Origin: Gekko japonicus
Lineage: Eukaryota
Direction of reading: 5' to 3'
NCBI RefSeq assembly: GCF_001447785.1
Contig: NW_015166542.1
Location: 23,267 to 87,266, forward strand
DNA length: 64,000 bases
Shown one piece after another: positions 59,001-64,000 of this stretch (within the stretch, counting starts at the first letter, position 1; every line of letters begins with the position of its first letter). Position numbers and translations under genes: made by a program. The notes beneath the pieces were generated by a model. The model saw only the letters and a list, made by a program, of their open reading frames with translations, ran no database searches and was not told the origin of the DNA.

Positions 59001-59909
59001 CCCCTGGAGAAAATGGCCACGTTGGAAGGTGAACTCTATGGCATTCTAGCCCGTTGAAGCCCCTTTCCTTCCCTAAACCACGTTCTTCTCAGGCTCCAGG
59101 CTCCCTAAATCTCCCCCCCCCTCAAGCCAGCAACCCTCCCTGCTGAGCTCTGAGAAGGCGAACAAACTCTCTCCCTTCCCCCCCCCCCCAGCCCTTCGTG
59201 GGCCTCGGCCCCGCCCGCTCCCGCACCTGCTCGGACGAAGTAGCAGTGGAGTGAGTGGACCTGCAGCTCCTCGCCCACCGCCTTGGCGGCCGCCACCAGT
59301 GCCTGGCCCACGATCTGCCCGCCGAAGAGCCGCTGCGAGACGGGCACCCAGTAGTGCCTCCCCCTGCGCCGGCCAGACGGGGAGAGGGAAGAAAAAGAAG
59401 AAGAGATGGGGATTTATACCCTGCCTTTCACCACCCGAAGGCGTCTCGGAGCGAGCCTTTCCCTCCCCACAACAGACACCCTGTGAGGCAGGTGGGGCTG
59501 AGGGAGCTCTCCTGAGAGAACTTGTGACTGATCCAAGGTCACCCAGCTGGCTGCATGTGGAGGAGGAGGAGGAGGAGTGGGGGCATCGAAGCCGGTCCTC
59601 CCAGATCAGAGTCCGCGCTTCTAACCGTCACACCAAATTGTCGATGAGACCCCGCGATCGCCGCCGCCGGCCCCTGGCGCAGGCGGGAATCCAAGCGGTG
59701 CGTCTCCTCCCCACCCCCTGAAGTGGCCGCCCGACTGACCGGAAAAGGTCCAGGTCCAGCGGCTCCAGGTTCAGGACGCTGGTGACCAGGACGCTGCGCA
59801 GGTCCCCCGGCTGATCGGCCGCCGCCGCCGCCGCCTCCTTCTCGCCGGGAACGCCGCCGCCCTCCGCGGGGAGAACCCGGGAGCGACCGGCATCGGGACG
59901 CGCCGCCAT
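56096..59909 (-). CDS. ACOT8: Acyl-CoA thioesterase 8; exons 59740-59909, 59227-59363, 58368-58593, 57775-57932, 56315-56503, 56096-56214
   Basis: DLRSVLVTSVLNLEPLDLDLFR/GRHYWVP..RLFGGQIVGQAL...HSLHCYFVRA/GDP..PVLYQVERTRTG/...YISDYAFL...[39 protein letters not shown]...QEGVIR; C-terminal SKL (PTS1). Confidence 0.97.
56541..57054. repeat. Inverted repeat (~90-bp arms, ~330-bp spacer), Penelope-like remnant in ACOT8 intron 4
   Basis: acagaaatacaaactgcaagggtaaaccatc...caacatagttat (56541-56630) is the reverse complement of 56964-57054. Confidence 0.8.
59390..59640 (-). mobile_element. Squam3-type SINE in ACOT8 intron 1
   Basis: Reverse head tttggtgtgacggttag...gactctgatctgggag and (CTT)n tail. 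Confidence 0.75.
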
Positions 59910-60815
<906 letters not shown>

Positions 60816-61006
60816 TAAGTGGCTGGGGAGCTGGAGTGGCTCTTCTCCAGGTGGGGCTCGGGGATCTCCTGGAACTGCAACTGGCCTGTAGGCCGCAGCG
60901 ATCAGTTCCCCCAGAGAAAATGGCTTCTTCGGAGGGCGGACTCTATGGCATTATGCCCTTCTGAGGTCCTGCCCTCCCTAGGCTCCGCACCCAGAACTTC
61001 AGGAGT

Positions 61007-61263
61007 TAGGCTTACCAAGTGGCGGCGGGGGATCCGCATGTCTTCACAGGATCCCTGCTGCGGGGACGGCGACACGCGTTGCACCGCCGTTGCCAGGATG
61101 TGACGCAACGCGTAGCTCTGGCAACGGGGCTGTTTGGAGTCCCGTTGTCAGAGCGACACGTAGCATCACATCCTGGCGATGGTGGGTGCAACGCGTGTCG
61201 CTGTCCCCGCGGCAGGGATCCTGTGAAGACATGCGGATCCCCCGCCGCCACTTGGTAAGCCTA
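61007..61263. mobile_element. 257-bp palindromic hAT-type MITE
   Basis: TIR TAGGCTTACCAAGTGGCGG extends nearly to the centre; perfect 8-bp TSD tcaggagt. Confidence 0.92.
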
Positions 61264-62969
61264 TCAGGAGTTTCAACCCAGAGTAGGCTGAACAAGGATC
61301 AACAAACCAGGCTTTGGCTGCTCTCTACACATGCCAGGTCCGCACACCTACCCAGTATTCTTTCAAGCAGGCCTGGCAAGCGTCTTGCTGTCTTGCCCTA
61401 GCAGGCTCACACACACCCTTGTTAATACACATGTCTTGTGGAACAAATTCAGCAGTTCCTGCGTCTTGCTAAGATTCCATGGTGTAGTGACTCTTCCTTC
61501 ATAACTGGGACCCTCTAGTGGATGCAGAAATTCCAACGATGCGTATCGCAGCCTAGCTGTCCTCAAGATTTCCTTCTGCATGTTTTTATTTGCATGTAAC
61601 AGCCTGATCAGAAGTTAGACCATTGGTTTGTCTAGCTAGGATTCTGTTACTTTTCCCTTCCACATCCGATGAACACTTTTCACTTTCAGCAAATGTTCCA
61701 TATGTGGGGGAGCATAGTCTCCTCTTTCCTTTCAGAATGATGGACAGCAGCAGTGACTTCTGTGACGGTACCTCTTTTGTGTTTTGTGTGGTTAGGTGTG
61801 AAGTAGTTTTAAATTTCTTGTTTCTTTCTCTCACTTGAAGTATCTATTGCTGCCACCAGGAATTTAATTCCAGTCTTAAATTAACCTTTCCCATAGTATT
61901 GTGCCCAAGCTATAAGGCACCTTCGTTGGTCTATGTGGTTCTGAGGATAAGACTCTGGGTTAACAATAAATAAGATAAAACTTTATTGGTAAAAGAAGTG
62001 TATTGGTTACAGGATGATTTGTTAAGTTGCTTAGTAGCATCTTTCCCTTTTTCTCAGGTCTCTGTCAGCTTTTCCCCTCACATTCTTAAAATACTCAGAT
62101 AATATTAGATTTTGCCTAAATGCCCCTTTAAGTATATGTTCTTCCTCTTTTAGAATCTTAATGCCTTTCCCAGCACCTCTGTATGATTCTATTTGGAAGA
62201 CTGCTTCTCTGACTCTGTAGATTGACCACAACTGACAGCTACTGACTGCTGACAAAACACTTCAGACACAAACTCCAAACGGAACCCTCTGCCTTCTCTC
62301 TCTCCACACACACACAATTCCTAGCTCCACCCACACACTTTCAGTCACCCACCAATTACCTCACTCATCTCCCTCTTTCACCCTCCCCTTGTTCTTCTGA
62401 CACTTACCAACCATTTTAAAGGAACATACACTTATAACTTGGAATCATTACAGCTTCTCTTTCCACTTGACTTTTGCTATAAGCACGGTCAAGCTTCCTG
62501 CAAAACTTCAGTGGAAGAGGCACAGGCATGCCATCCTGCGTAAATCCCTTGCATGTGGTGTAGGAGAGATGGGTCTTTTCCCAGCCTTGTGACCTCAGCT
62601 CCTGGCACATTTACCCAAGTGTTAGTGGTGGTATCAGGCCGCCACATCTGGAGAGGCTGCAGAGAGCTGTCTCATTCTCTACTTGGGTGACGTCTGTAGC
62701 CCAGGCAGAGAACCAGACTGCTGTTCCTAGGGCCAAGGAGCACAGCATGATGCAGGCACAAGAATTAGGAAGGAGAAGGGCCGAGACTTGGCCTGGTAGC
62801 CCAGAGTGTCAGCTGTGAGTGGCTTCTCAGACTGCTAGGGAGTGCTGCAGACCTGGAGGGTGGAGCTGGGGAGTAGGTTGGGGCTGGCCTCCAAATTAGG
62901 GAGCATTCCAGGCAGCAGAGCCCATAGGCTGGCATTTGCCACCTCCCAAAGCCGCAGCAACCTGAGCTG

Positions 62970-63626
62970 CAGTGTTAGGAGAGTCAAGTAAAGAATAAAT
63001 ATACACTGCAAGAACCTTTTGTAAATTAACGTGTACTGTTTATCACTATTATTTTATAAAGTGCACTATTATAACATCCTTGTCAGGTACATATGTTCAG
63101 TACATTCAGTGTAGCAGTAACATTCATTCATTCAGTTTAACAACTACCAGTCAATTTAGCACCAGTATTTTAAAAGTCAAGCCCCAACGGGAGTTTCCAG
63201 AATTACAAGCCCGCTTCTACTTGCATGAAGTCTTCCAAAAGGGGGCTGCATGAATGACAGGAGCGCTCCGTCCATTAATTTTTAACTGCACAATGTGTCT
63301 TTTGTAGGACCGGCAATAAGCATCAATGCAACTATAAATGAAAGCCCCCCCCCCCCTTTGGAAGACTTCATGCAAGTAGAAGCGGGCTTTTAATTCTGGA
63401 AACTCCGGTTGGGGCTTGACTTTTAAAATACTGGTGCTAAATTGACTGGTAGTTGTTAAACTGAATGAATGAATGTTACTGCTACACTGAATGTACTGAA
63501 CATATGTACCTGACAAGGATGTTATAATAGTGCACTTTATAAAATAATAGTGATAAACAGTACACGTTAATTTACAAAAGGTTCTTGCAGTGTATATTTA
63601 TTCTTTACTTGACTCTCCTAACACTG
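62970..63626. mobile_element. 657-bp foldback element, ~280-bp near-perfect inverted arms
   Basis: cagtgttaggagagtcaag...gtcttccaaa (62970-~63250) is the reverse complement of ~63340-63626; ~90-bp spacer. Confidence 0.9.
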
Positions 63627-64000
63627 CCACAGCTGCACTGGTGGTGCCCACAGTGAGGAACTGGGGCCTGACTTGCAGTTTCCTGATCGCCACCGGGACA
63701 TGAGGTAGGCTGGCCAAAGGAAAGACTATCTCCTTCCATGTGTCACTGTGTGCCAACTACAGTCGTCGGGCAGCCATCCGTTGGTTATCTTGCCACTCAG
63801 GGTGGCGCGTCTGGCATCAACCAGAGCCTAGGCCTTTCCCCATCATGGCCCCTGCTCTGTGGAAGGGGCTCTCTGAAGGGTAGGGGGGCCTCCACTTTCA
63901 GGAGGTGCTGCAAGGCTTTTGAGGGGGGTTGAATAGCAGGCATCTTTCAACAGGGGGAGGGATTTGGGGCTTGCTGTTTTATTTTCGGTTCAAGCTGAAG

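Noticed and set aside
61930-62430. Possible reverse solo LTR
   Set aside because: Composition is suggestive but I could not define termini or a TSD

Overview
Eukaryotic genomic DNA from a squamate reptile, probably a gecko (inferred from Sauria-type and Squam3-type SINEs). It carries the vertebrate gene block DNTTIP1(+) - UBE2C(+) - TNNC2(-) - SNX21(+) - ACOT8(-) - ZSWIM3(+, first coding exon only), in the same order as human 20q13.12. Exon structures were rebuilt by hand from GT/AG boundaries and frame continuity. Two places (UBE2C exon 1/intron 1 and the DNTTIP1 exon 6 acceptor) look collapsed by the assembly, and DNTTIP1 exon 1 probably lies in an N-gap. The rest is dense with transposable elements: a near full-length DIRS1-type tyrosine-recombinase retrotransposon (inverted termini, ICR, gag/RT/RNaseH/MTase/YR), Gypsy and Copia relics, CR1/L1/L2/RTE-X-like LINE fragments, several SINE families, hAT-type MITEs with 8-bp TSDs (some as multimers), Penelope-like remnants, and several long intronic hairpins. 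I cannot support a wholly new biological system from sequence alone. The best leads are the DIRS element with a readable integration junction and long open gag, the two large palindromes in ZSWIM3 intron 1, the inverted MITE multimers bracketing DNTTIP1, and a hammerhead-like hairpin in ACOT8.
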